Assembly: GCA_964370855.1 (NCBI GenBank)
Contig: CAYJMF010000001.1
Coordinates: forward strand, 71,905 to 131,166
DNA from: an uncultured Planctomycetota bacterium
GTDB taxonomy: Bacteria; Planctomycetota; JAJSAM01; JAKLKS01
Length of the DNA: 59,262 nucleotides
Reading direction: 5' to 3'
Under the pieces are notes generated by a model. It did no database searches. It saw only the letters and a list, made by a program, of their open reading frames with translations, and was not told the origin of the DNA. The translations under genes and the position numbers were made by a program. Every line of letters starts with the position of its first letter. Position 1 is the first letter of the stretch. Shown here in pieces: positions 10,053-19,545 of the stretch.

Positions 10053-13000
10053 ATGGCCCTGTCGAAACCAACTCAGTTGGGGCTCGCCGCCGCTGCCTTG
10101 ATCATTGTGGGTGCCGCCGCCTGGTTCTTCGGATCCGTCTCCGCTCCACCGCCGGGGCCCGGCTCAACGACTCCGCTCCCCGCAGCCGAGCGCGCACCTC
10201 CGGAGCCGTCCACTCCTCCCGAGGGGAAGGCCAGGGCGCGGTCCCCGGGGGGAACCGGGTTCGTCACGGGGCGCCTGGTTCGTGGCGCGGCCACCAATCC
10301 TGTGTCCGGAGAAGTAGTGGCGTCCTTCCCCGGGTTGGCGCCGGTCGTCATTCAAACCGCAGCCCGGGGGTACTTCCGCGTGGAGGGATTGCCGGTGGAG
10401 AGTCCCTTCACGCTGACCGCATCCTCGCTCGGACTGCTCCCCGCACGGGTACCGGACCTGCGAATCCCCATGAGCGGAGTCCTCGACCTCGGGGATCTGG
10501 AACTCGGGACGGGAGCCACCCTCGAGGTCCTCGTCACCCGGGGTGCCGTGCAGCCCGCCGCGGGGATCGTCGCCACCCTGCATCGGCGAATCCCGGATTG
10601 GGACGACATCCAGGAGGAAGAGAACGGGCCCGCCGCGGAACAACCCGCGGCCCCCGTGGGAACCACGACCACGGACGCCGCGGGTCGGGCGCTGTTCCGG
10701 GAGACGCCTCCGGGAGACTGGACCGTGAGGGTCGAATGCCCGGGCTTCGCTGCCGCCGCGGCGGTGACTTCCTTCAGCGATGGTGAGTCCCTGGAGCCCC
10801 TGCGGATTCACCTCATGCCGGCCCACTCCCTCACCGGGACGGTCCGGGAGGAGGGGGGCCGGCCGGCCCCCGGCGTGGAAGTCCTGGCGCGCACCGCCGG
10901 TTGGCACCTGCCGGGCACCTTCCGGGAGCTTCGGGGGGTCTCGGGCACCGATGGCCGCTACCGCATCGAGGGGCTGGAGGAGTCCTCGATCGACCTTCTC
11001 GTGAGGCCACCGGGGGGGTGCATCCGGCGGGTCACGAGGGCGATGATTCCGGACCTGGCCGTCCTAGACATCACCCTCGAGAAGGGGGAGTTGCAGGGGG
11101 AGGGGATCACCCTCAAGGGACGCATCGTGGAGGGATCCGGAGGAGCCGCGGTGGCCGGAGCCCGGGTTCTCGTCGAGGTGGCGCTGCGCGGGTGGGGAGA
11201 CGGGCCGGCTTCGGAAACGGCGGTGTCGGGGTCCGGCGGGGAATTCGAAGTCCGGGGGCTCCCCGGCGGGGAGCGGGCCCGTGCTCGCGTCCGCGCGGTC
11301 GGCTACATTCCCGCCGAGATCGACGGGTTGGAGACGTTCAAGACCCTGGGCCCCGGAGAGGCACTCGACCTGGAGGTGCGCCTCCACCGGGGGGGGACCG
11401 TGCGTGGGACGGTGAAGGACATCGAGGGAACCCCGATGCCCGGCGTCCTGGTGAGGATGACGGCGAGCCGGGACAGGACGGACGACATCCTCGGTGACCT
11501 GGATCGCGCCCTCTATGGCTCCTCGGTGACCCGGACGAGGGAGGATGGAACCTATCTCCTCGGTCCGTGCTACCCCGGGAAGGGGGTCTTCTCCATCACC
11601 TCCCCGGGCTACCTGCTCGCCGACGGGACAGGGGACGCCGCAGGGGCCGGTGAGAAGAAGGCGGTGGCGCCCTCCAGGGTGGTGGAGGTCGTCGAAGGAG
11701 CGGAGGCGACCCGGGACTTCGTGCTCTCGGCCGCCGGCATCGTGGAGGGCACAGTCCGGAACGCGGCGGGTGAGCCCCGGGCCGGCTTCACGGTCTTGAT
11801 AGAGAAGGAGGACACCTTCGACGTGGAGGCGGTGGGGCCGCCCACCGATGCGGAGGGGCGCTTCCGGGTGGAAGGCGTGGGTCCGAGAAAGGCTCTGGTG
11901 GTGTCCGCCCGGGGCCCCGGGGAGAAGGGCGAGTCGGCGGCGTTCGACATCGACCGGGGCGCCACGATTCGAAACGTCGCCGTGACGGTAGAGGAGACCA
12001 ATGCCATCACGGGGACGGTGAGGACCTGGGACGGATCTCCGCTGGTCGATCCGAGGCTCTACCTGCTGATGGGGGACCTGGACCGCACGACGATGCCCTG
12101 GCAGATGCTGACCTCCACCTGGAGCGGCGACCTCTGCGTACCCGGGCCGGACGGTTCCTTCAGGTTCGAGGACGTCTACCCTTCCGAGCACGGCATCGTG
12201 GCGTTCGCGCGCGGGTGCAGTCCGGTCGTCGTCTCCCCGGTTCCTGTGGAGGAGACCGGCATCGTCTCGGGGATCGAGATCGTCCTCGAACCGGGGCGCT
12301 CGCTCCGGGGGACGGTCGTCGATGAAGCGGGGGAGCCCGTTGAGGGTGCCGAGATCTTCCTGGATGCCCATCCGGGGAAGTTCAAGACGGATGAGGAGCT
12401 CCGGCAGGTGACCGGGGCCGACGGGCGGTTCGCCCTGGCCGATCTCTCGGAGGGCATCGTCGAACTCATCGTACGAAGCGCGGGACGACCCGAGGCCAGG
12501 AAGACGGTGGTGACGGGGACGACCGACAACGTCCTTACGCTGGAAGATGGGCGACGGATTGCGGGGATCGTCGTGGACGCCGCCACCGGGAGGGGAGTCC
12601 CCGGAGTCGAGATCATCGTCAAGGAACGCGGGGCCACGCGAGTCGGCCTTGCCGACTTCTTCGGAAGGACGCCCCTCCACAGCGCGACCAGTGACGGGGA
12701 AGGCCGGTTCGCCGTGGTCGAACTGGCGTCGGGCACCTACACCGTCTCCATCGGGAAGTTGGGGGACCTGGAGGCATCCGCTATGGAGTACATGCCTCTG
12801 GCAATCAGGGGCGTGAAGGCGGGAACGGAGGACCTCCGGCTCCAGCTGGAGACCGGGCTCTCGATCTCGGGGAGCATCGTGGACACGGACGGCAATCCCA
12901 TCCTGGAGTCGCTTCCGATCGAGGTGGTCCCCTTCGGCGAGGACGGAAGGCTCATAGGCAAGGGGCGCACGGAGTCGATTTCACTGCCCGACGGGACCTT

Positions 13001-13949
13001 CCGGATCGCGGGCCTTCCCGCGGGGACCTACGAGTTGATCTTCAATTCGGGACGCAGATCGTTCGCTTCGCCCCAGGAGACCCCGAGTCCCTTCGCCGAG
13101 ACCATCGTGGCGAAGGTCGCCGCGGGGACGAGTGGACTGGTCGTCAGGGTCGCCCGAGGGTTGACCATCTCGGGAAAGGTCATGGACGAGGACGGGAAAC
13201 CGCCCGTGGGATTCGGGATGCTACGGATCTACCCGTCCCGGCAGGAGGAGGGCGAGGCTTTCGTCAGGCTGTACGCTAGGGTGGACGAAGAGGGCGGTTT
13301 CACCACCCCCGCGCTCGCTCCGGGGAGAACCTACGACATCCATGCGAACGGTTTCGAGGGCCTGACGGACGGCGCGGTAACGGGGTTGGAGCCCGGAGCG
13401 AGGGATGTGGTCCTCCGCCTGACCAGGGGCTCGGCGATCTCCGGCCGGCTCCTCCTTCCCGATGGCCGGCCGGCACCCGAGGGAATCCTCGTGGCGGCGA
13501 AGGCCCTGGGAGGAGGGCGCAGTCGCGGTGTCGGCTCCCGGAGCAAGACGGCGAAGGACGGGGTGTTCCGAATCACTGGGTTGGAACCCTCCGAGTATCA
13601 GATCGTGGGCGGCGGCGACGGCTCCGACTTTGCCCCCACGCGCGCACCCGGGACCTTTCGGCCGGGGGACGGCGGCGTCGAGATCCGGCTCGAACCCGGT
13701 TGCACGGTCTCCGGCGTCCTTGTGGATGCCGACGGGAAGCCCGTGAAGGCCCGGTCCCTCACGGCCAGGCAGGACGAGCCATTCGACAACCACTGCTGGG
13801 GCGAGTCCTACGGTGACGGGACCTTTCTCGTGAAGGGACTCGCCCGCGGGAGAGTCCAGTTGGGGGTCTTCTTCGGGGAAGGCCACGTCGAACTCGGCGA
13901 GTTCGACGTCCCGGCCAAGGACCTGCGGATCACGGTGAAGCCGGAGTGA
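10053..13949 (+). CDS. Membrane-anchored carboxypeptidase-regulatory-like repeat protein (1298 aa)
   Basis: GGAGGGAG before the ATG; N-terminal TM (LGLAAAALIIVGAAAWFF); many GxVxDxxGxPxxG...DGxF/Y repeats. Confidence 0.85.
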   Translation: MALSKPTQLGLAAAALIIVGAAAWFFGSVSAPPPGPGSTTPLPAAERAPPEPSTPPEGKARARSPGGTGFVTGRLVRGAATNPVSGEVVASFPGLAPVVIQTAARGYFRVEGLPVESPFTLTASSLGLLPARVPDLRIPMSGVLDLGDLELGTGATLEVLVTRGAVQPAAGIVATLHRRIPDWDDIQEEENGPAAEQPAAPVGTTTTDAAGRALFRETPPGDWTVRVECPGFAAAAAVTSFSDGESLEPLRIHLMPAHSLTGTVREEGGRPAPGVEVLARTAGWHLPGTFRELRGVSGTDGRYRIEGLEESSIDLLVRPPGGCIRRVTRAMIPDLAVLDITLEKGELQGEGITLKGRIVEGSGGAAVAGARVLVEVALRGWGDGPASETAVSGSGGEFEVRGLPGGERARARVRAVGYIPAEIDGLETFKTLGPGEALDLEVRLHRGGTVRGTVKDIEGTPMPGVLVRMTASRDRTDDILGDLDRALYGSSVTRTREDGTYLLGPCYPGKGVFSITSPGYLLADGTGDAAGAGEKKAVAPSRVVEVVEGAEATRDFVLSAAGIVEGTVRNAAGEPRAGFTVLIEKEDTFDVEAVGPPTDAEGRFRVEGVGPRKALVVSARGPGEKGESAAFDIDRGATIRNVAVTVEETNAITGTVRTWDGSPLVDPRLYLLMGDLDRTTMPWQMLTSTWSGDLCVPGPDGSFRFEDVYPSEHGIVAFARGCSPVVVSPVPVEETGIVSGIEIVLEPGRSLRGTVVDEAGEPVEGAEIFLDAHPGKFKTDEELRQVTGADGRFALADLSEGIVELIVRSAGRPEARKTVVTGTTDNVLTLEDGRRIAGIVVDAATGRGVPGVEIIVKERGATRVGLADFFGRTPLHSATSDGEGRFAVVELASGTYTVSIGKLGDLEASAMEYMPLAIRGVKAGTEDLRLQLETGLSISGSIVDTDGNPILESLPIEVVPFGEDGRLIGKGRTESISLPDGTFRIAGLPAGTYELIFNSGRRSFASPQETPSPFAETIVAKVAAGTSGLVVRVARGLTISGKVMDEDGKPPVGFGMLRIYPSRQEEGEAFVRLYARVDEEGGFTTPALAPGRTYDIHANGFEGLTDGAVTGLEPGARDVVLRLTRGSAISGRLLLPDGRPAPEGILVAAKALGGGRSRGVGSRSKTAKDGVFRITGLEPSEYQIVGGGDGSDFAPTRAPGTFRPGDGGVEIRLEPGCTVSGVLVDADGKPVKARSLTARQDEPFDNHCWGESYGDGTFLVKGLARGRVQLGVFFGEGHVELGEFDVPAKDLRITVKPE

Positions 13950-14261
13950 GACACCGGATCCTGTGGGCAACTCGGGCACCATCGGAAACCTACGGCACCC
14001 TTCAACCCCAGGTCTGATGGCGGCGCGGCCCGAGTGGGTGCTTCCGGGAAGCTTCGCTGGTGATCAGGGGCCGGGGTCAAGAGACGACTCTTTCGCCCTC
14101 TGCTGTCTCGAGCCCGAACAGAAGGTCAAGAGTGTCTTGGCGCGGAGCAGGGCGGGGGATTCGATTCCAGTCGCCGGAGCGTGGTGGTGGACAGGCTGGT
14201 CTCCGGCGAGACGACCGTCCATGTCCTGCTCGGGAAGTCCCGCTGACCGCGCCCGCCGGAC

Positions 14262-15803
14262 CTACTTCGTCAGCCGGACCTCCACGTCCACGATGGTCTT
14301 CGGGGCGACGATGACCGTGTTGGTCCCGAGGACCTCCTGGTTCTCCGGCGGACGTACGACCTCGACGGTATAGCGTCCTGGAGCCAGGGGACTCCCATGG
14401 ACCACCGGGCCGGCCGTCTCCGAGGGCCACGACCACTCCCCTTCCTTCGACTCCCCCCAGAAGCCGCCCCCGACGAACTCACCCTTTTCGTCCCGGAGAC
14501 GTACGGTGTCAGGTACGACAACCGTCCCGTGCAGGTCGCGGACGGTGACCCGCAGCCAACCTCCCGAGCGGAGGAGGAACTCCACAGGGACCTCCTTCCC
14601 GGAGTCCACCTGGACCTCCTTCTCGGCGGCGATCCCGAAGGCCGTCATGTCCCACGGCCCCCCGTGGCCCTCGACCTTGAGCCGGTACGTCCCGGCCTGG
14701 AGATTCTCCAGCCTGCAGCGCCCCTCGGCGTCGAGTTCCACCTTCTCCTCGTAGAACCCCTCAAGCAGCCCGCCGCCGGTGTCCTTGATTGTCACCGAGA
14801 TCGCCTTCGGGGACTTTCCTCCGTCGTCCACGACGAAGAGACTCAGGGTCCCCGGCACTCCCGGTTCCGATAGGACGACGGTGATGTCGTGGAGCGCGGG
14901 GTCCCCTTCCACCAGGAACTCCCCGGCCTTCTGCGCCTTCCCCGGGGACTTGATGGAGTAGAGGAGCCGCATGCCCGTCCGGGGGCAGATGGTCAGGACG
15001 CCATCGAGGGAGTCCAGCCCACCGCCTCCACCCATGTGCGAGCCGCCACCTTCGCCGTTGAAGCTGAACCTGCCTTCGAGGACGTCATTCCCCTCCTCGT
15101 CCACGATGTGGATGCGGACAACGTGCTTCTCCATGACGAAGTCCACGTCCGTATCGCCGGCTTCGACGGCCCGTTCCTGGCCCGCATCGAAACTCCAGAC
15201 GGTCACGGGGCCCTGGTCCAGCCCGGAGAGGACGTACCGTCCCGTCTCGTCCGAGGCGGTGCGGTCCCGACCATCCTTGACCTGGATCCTCATCCCGGGA
15301 ACGGGGGAGCCGTCGGGGAAGGAGACCCGTCCAGAGACCGCGTATCCCGCTTCCATCCGGATCTCGATCCCCTCGGAGGGGACACCCAGTTCGACCGAAC
15401 CAGGAACCTGCCCCGGATGGAAGGCGGTCAGCCTCGTCCTTCCCGCTGGCTGGCTGAGAACAAAGCGGCCGTCGGCGTCCGTCCAGGCCCGGATCCCCTC
15501 GGTGGACTCGACGGTGACCCCCTCGAGGGGCAGGCCATCCGCTCCCAGGACCCGTCCCCGCACCGCCGGAGACGTCGGGGGTCCGGAGGGCGCCGGGGCA
15601 GGCTCCACCGCGGGGCGGGGTTCCGGGGGTGGAAGCTCCTCTTGTTCGGCCGGAGGCCCGGTCGCTGGTCTTGTGGCGTGGTCCGGAAGCCCCCCTTCGT
15701 GGGGGCCTGGTTCCTCCGGGGGGGCCCCCCGCAGGACGAGGAAGACCCCCAGCGCGAGAAGGGCTACTCCCCCAAGGACGGCGGCTCGCCCGTGGTTGGC
15801 CAT
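14262..15803 (-). CDS. Membrane-anchored carboxypeptidase-regulatory-like repeat protein (513 aa)
   Basis: N-terminal TM, Pro-rich linker, then GRVLGADGLPLEGVTV...DADGRF repeats. Confidence 0.82.
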   Translation of the reverse strand: MANHGRAAVLGGVALLALGVFLVLRGAPPEEPGPHEGGLPDHATRPATGPPAEQEELPPPEPRPAVEPAPAPSGPPTSPAVRGRVLGADGLPLEGVTVESTEGIRAWTDADGRFVLSQPAGRTRLTAFHPGQVPGSVELGVPSEGIEIRMEAGYAVSGRVSFPDGSPVPGMRIQVKDGRDRTASDETGRYVLSGLDQGPVTVWSFDAGQERAVEAGDTDVDFVMEKHVVRIHIVDEEGNDVLEGRFSFNGEGGGSHMGGGGGLDSLDGVLTICPRTGMRLLYSIKSPGKAQKAGEFLVEGDPALHDITVVLSEPGVPGTLSLFVVDDGGKSPKAISVTIKDTGGGLLEGFYEEKVELDAEGRCRLENLQAGTYRLKVEGHGGPWDMTAFGIAAEKEVQVDSGKEVPVEFLLRSGGWLRVTVRDLHGTVVVPDTVRLRDEKGEFVGGGFWGESKEGEWSWPSETAGPVVHGSPLAPGRYTVEVVRPPENQEVLGTNTVIVAPKTIVDVEVRLTK

Positions 15804-16063
15804 AGGCCCATTCTAGGCTGTGGCGGGCGATGGGATTCCCGTTCTTCCTCCGTGTCGTGTGGCGCAGGTACATCGGGCCCCTTCGGAGCCCTACATGTGA
15901 TCGCACCGCGCCACCGCGCAAGGGGCCGGGTCGCACTACACGGTCTCGCGCGTCACAAATCACGCGGCGCAGGCTCGAAACGACGCTCCGCAACGACCCC
16001 AAATGGCTGAAAACGCCCAAGGTCGCCCGCGAACTGCGGAAGTTGGGCTAGGATCCGAGGGCG

Positions 16064-16399
16064 ATGACGCGATTCCAGTGTGCGTGGGCCTTCCTCGCTC
16101 TCCTGCTCTCCTGGTGCGGGCCTGCCGGTCCCTGCCGGGCCGCCGTCCCACCGGTCGGGGTCGGCGACCCGGCGCCCGAGATCGGGGTCCGCAAGTGGCT
16201 GAACGTGCCCGCGGGCCAGGAGCCCTCCCCCGAGTCCCTGAAGGGCCGCGTCGTGATGATCGAGTTCTGGGGCACGTGGTGCGGCCCCTGCGTTCGGGCG
16301 ATGCCCAAGGTGCAGGAGATCCACGATCGGTACCGGGAACGGGGGCTCACGGTGCTGGCCATCTCCTACGAGACCCTCGACGTGATGGGAAGGTTCTGA
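16064..16399 (+). pseudogene. TlpA/redoxin-type thioredoxin-fold protein, C-terminally truncated
   Basis: Signal peptide, VGDPAPEI, SLKGRVVMIEFWGTWCGPC. It stops after 111 aa, before the cis-Pro half of the fold, where composition shifts to the lower-GC qat segment. Confidence 0.68.
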
Positions 16400-16514
16400 T
16401 TCGGGTCTAGGGCCTAGCGCCAAGAAACGATTGGGGACACCCAGGACCTCACGAGTCCCTTTCCTCCGCCACGGATCTTTCGATGTTCAACACCCCAATC
16501 ACAACTCGCGTCAA

Positions 16515-17294
16515 TCACAACTCCTCAGGACTCCCACCTACCGAGGATATCAACTGGCGCAAGTTGGAAAGGATCGCCTGTCCGACTACAGTCGGGGCCA
16601 GATCAAGAACGCCTGCCATCGCAACAACGGCATCTCTGACGTCCGTTGGGCGCGCCTGTCGTACACCGCACTGGACGAAGGGGCCATCCGTCTCTGTCAG
16701 CAGCCGCTCGAGTGGCAACGAACCGACAACGGTGCGATGACGAGGTTTCTTGAGCATCTCGGCATTGACAGAGAAGTAGCAGCCAAGGTCCACGGCCCGC
16801 CTTGCCTCCGCACGGCTTCCCGTGAACCAGTGAAGGACGACACAACCTCGTGCTGGAGGGAGGTGCTCTTCAACCAGGTCCAAGACCGCCGATGCCGCGC
16901 GCACGCTGTGGACTGTGAGGACCTTTCCGCCAGCAAGAGCACATAGCTTGAGGATCCTCTCGAACACGACCTTCTGCATCGGCAGGGATCGGAAATGGCG
17001 AGGCCCAGCATCGAGGCCAACTTCGCCGACGTAACGAGCCTGGGGGAGGTACTGCTCCCAGAGCGACATCTCAGATGCCCTCGACGCGACTAGCTGGGGG
17101 TGCATCCCGAGCGCCGCTCTCACGTGGCGCGTCCGCGACGCCAACTCCAAGTTGCGCGGCCATGCCCGCGGCGTCGTGGTAACCGCAAGCGTGTACACCC
17201 GTTGCACATCACACTCGGCCACCACCCCCGCGTGATCTTGGTAGAGATCGAGGTGGCAATGGAGATCGACAAGCGGGGTCGCCGCGTCCAGCAC
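16515..17294 (-). CDS. qatD: Qat system TatD-family nuclease
   Basis: DLHCHLD, GEVGLD, HSVRA, HWFTG and ETDGP motifs; last gene of the KAP NTPase-qatB-QueC operon. Confidence 0.92.
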   Translation of the reverse strand: MLDAATPLVDLHCHLDLYQDHAGVVAECDVQRVYTLAVTTTPRAWPRNLELASRTRHVRAALGMHPQLVASRASEMSLWEQYLPQARYVGEVGLDAGPRHFRSLPMQKVVFERILKLCALAGGKVLTVHSVRAASAVLDLVEEHLPPARGCVVLHWFTGSRAEARRAVDLGCYFSVNAEMLKKPRHRTVVGSLPLERLLTETDGPFVQCGVRQARPTDVRDAVVAMAGVLDLAPTVVGQAILSNLRQLISSVGGSPEEL

Positions 17295-17296
17295 GT

Positions 17297-18661
17297 TCAG
17301 CGCGGTTCCGCGCGGGCGCGCGCCAGAAGTTCCGAAAGCTCCGCCATGCCCCGTTGGTACACCCCCGAGAGGGCCTCATTGTTCTCGGGCGCATCCGACA
17401 GGGGACCTGACTTGTGCACCAGCAGTCTCGCCAACTGCGGAGACCCACGGAACCTGCCAATGGCCATCTGGAGGGAGCGGATGACCTGGCCCTCCGCCTG
17501 GACGGTATTGAGTGTCCGAGCTTCCAAGTCCCCAATCGTGTAGACAGTCGGATCTGCACCTCTGCCAAGCGCCCCAAGCAGTGCTGCGCGCCGAACGAGG
17601 CAGGGGAGGCAGTAGCCACAGTGCTGAATGCCACGCCCCTTCCAGCGGCCTTTCGTGGGCGATGAGCAGGAGAGCGTACTACCGAGAACTCGCGTCAGCA
17701 AAGCGCGGTTCGCGCACTCCCCGGTCATTTCGCCCTTTGTTCGGTTCCAGTACGGATTCGTCACTTGCCCCCTCATTCCCATCGTAGCCAGCAGTTCGTT
17801 CCACCGCGCCAGGTAGAAAGGATGGGTAGTCCGGGTGCTCAGCGAACCCAGGCGCAAGTGGTCGAGTGGCACGTTGAGGGCAATCAGTCCGTTCTCCGGA
17901 ACCCGAAGAGTGAACTCGTCTCCGAGTCCTGTGCCTGCGAAGGCACCAAGTGCCAGGAACAGAAACGATCGACTTCGCGTCGACGGCTCTGAAGCTACGT
18001 TCTGGACCAGGCCATTTTCGAGCGCCATCCACATGCCCAGTCGTCGAAGCGGACGTCCATAGTGCTCCGCCAGCCCACTGAAGCAGGCAGTTTGCGCATT
18101 GCTGATGGCCGGTTCTTGAGCATGACTCACGAATAGCGGGTCCATCCCCGCCTCGAGCAAGTCGATCGCTCCGATGAGGCTGTCGAGCCCGCCTGAGAAG
18201 AGGCTCACTCCATCAAGACCAAGCTCGATGGCTCCGGGAGGTCTCGGCGGTCTCTCTGGTCTGACTCCGTTGGGCCATGACCGGAAGGACAGTGTCCATA
18301 GATCACCTGTTAGGAAGTCGAGCATCCGCTTCAGGAGCGGGGCAACTTCCGTCCATCGCGCAGGCGCGCTCACGGGTACCACAACACGCAGTTCGCGTGT
18401 CCACGAGTCTTGGGACTCCGTGGAGCGGCAGACCCGCGTGTCCGCGGCGTGAACATGGGTGGCAAGCGCGAGCAGGTCGAGGCCGAGGTCAGATGGGAAG
18501 ACGTTCAGCACCGCAAGGTCGTCGCAGGCCCTCCCGATGCCATAGCTCAGTCTCCCGCTTGCCTCGACCAGGTCAATCCGTGTGACGACCTCCTGCGGAA
18601 AGGGATGGATCGCCATGCGATCCGCTGTGCCGCATCGTCCAGCGATCGCATGGCGACTCAT
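17297..18661 (-). CDS. qatC: Qat system QueC-like protein
   Basis: PP-loop SLFSGGLDS, PENGLIALNVP, STRTTHP and the zinc motif HCGYCLPCLVRR; ATGA overlap with qatB. Confidence 0.92.
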   Translation of the reverse strand: MSRHAIAGRCGTADRMAIHPFPQEVVTRIDLVEASGRLSYGIGRACDDLAVLNVFPSDLGLDLLALATHVHAADTRVCRSTESQDSWTRELRVVVPVSAPARWTEVAPLLKRMLDFLTGDLWTLSFRSWPNGVRPERPPRPPGAIELGLDGVSLFSGGLDSLIGAIDLLEAGMDPLFVSHAQEPAISNAQTACFSGLAEHYGRPLRRLGMWMALENGLVQNVASEPSTRSRSFLFLALGAFAGTGLGDEFTLRVPENGLIALNVPLDHLRLGSLSTRTTHPFYLARWNELLATMGMRGQVTNPYWNRTKGEMTGECANRALLTRVLGSTLSCSSPTKGRWKGRGIQHCGYCLPCLVRRAALLGALGRGADPTVYTIGDLEARTLNTVQAEGQVIRSLQMAIGRFRGSPQLARLLVHKSGPLSDAPENNEALSGVYQRGMAELSELLARARAEPR

Positions 18662-19545
18662 ACCGCACCACCCTCCGCGTCCCCGTCACTTTCAAGGAAG
18701 TCGAACGCCGCCTCGTAGACTCGATCCACCAGATCCCGAACCTCACTCGGCGCCAGCCCTCTCAGGTCACTCTGCATCGAGGACGCCGCATCTTCCACAG
18801 ATCGCCCGATGAAGTCGTGCAGTTGGTTCTGAACCGTCTGGGCTGCTCGCACACTCTCTGGTAGGACAACGCCTCTGGAGCCGATGTCGTTGAACACCCG
18901 CATCTCGATCGTGCGCGTGACATACATCTCGAAGACCGTCTGCAACTGCGCGGCGCTGAGGGAGTCTAGATCGGTGATGCCGGCGCCAGTGAGCCCGACG
19001 ATAGTCTCCACGAACGCTTCTCGCGCAATTCCCGCGTCCACGGAACCGCCCACGGGACACACCACATCAGCAAGGCCGAGGAAGACCTCCTCGATTGGAC
19101 GACCCGCAAGGCCACCGAGGTTCAGGGCCTGAAGGGCCTGTGCAGATCCGCGGGCCTGAACGTCCGCAAGGAAGCCAATCAGGCCAGCGCCGACGGTTCG
19201 TGACGATCCCATCCGCCGGGCCGCCTGTCTCGGGCCGCCCGAAGATGTGGACACGTACTTTCTGAGAGCATGCCTCAGGTGCGCACCGCCGCCCCCGCCT
19301 GAGCGAGCGAACCTAGAGAAACTCGCTCGTGCGGCACGGAAGCGATCCGCCGAACCCGCAGGGACTGTTACCTCATGCGGCGGTGCAATGGCATCCGGCG
19401 GTCCGGCTGGGCTTTCCGGCGCGGCGGGTGTCGCCTCTGGACCACCCCCCGGATCTTCTGCGCCCCCTTCTTCCCCCGATAGCAACCACGTTGGGACAAG
19501 GGGTGTCCTACCACCAGGACCTGCGTAGGAACCGGAAGTCCCCAT
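18658..19545 (-). CDS. qatB: Qat system protein QatB (295 aa)
   Basis: Starts MGTSGSYAGPGG..PLVPTWL, with ATG 19545 overlapping the qatA TAA (TAATG); lies between qatA and qatC. Confidence 0.88.
   Translation of the reverse strand: MGTSGSYAGPGGRTPLVPTWLLSGEEGGAEDPGGGPEATPAAPESPAGPPDAIAPPHEVTVPAGSADRFRAARASFSRFARSGGGGGAHLRHALRKYVSTSSGGPRQAARRMGSSRTVGAGLIGFLADVQARGSAQALQALNLGGLAGRPIEEVFLGLADVVCPVGGSVDAGIAREAFVETIVGLTGAGITDLDSLSAAQLQTVFEMYVTRTIEMRVFNDIGSRGVVLPESVRAAQTVQNQLHDFIGRSVEDAASSMQSDLRGLAPSEVRDLVDRVYEAAFDFLESDGDAEGGAV

Noticed and set aside
14073..14141. Imperfect inverted/direct repeats (GGTCAAGAG twice; ACTCTT/AAGAGT), possibly REP-like
   Set aside because: Degenerate and single-copy in the window, so a REP call cannot be supported.
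16397..16399. TGA of the redoxin as selenocysteine
   Set aside because: The CxxC motif is already intact and a TAG follows six codons later.
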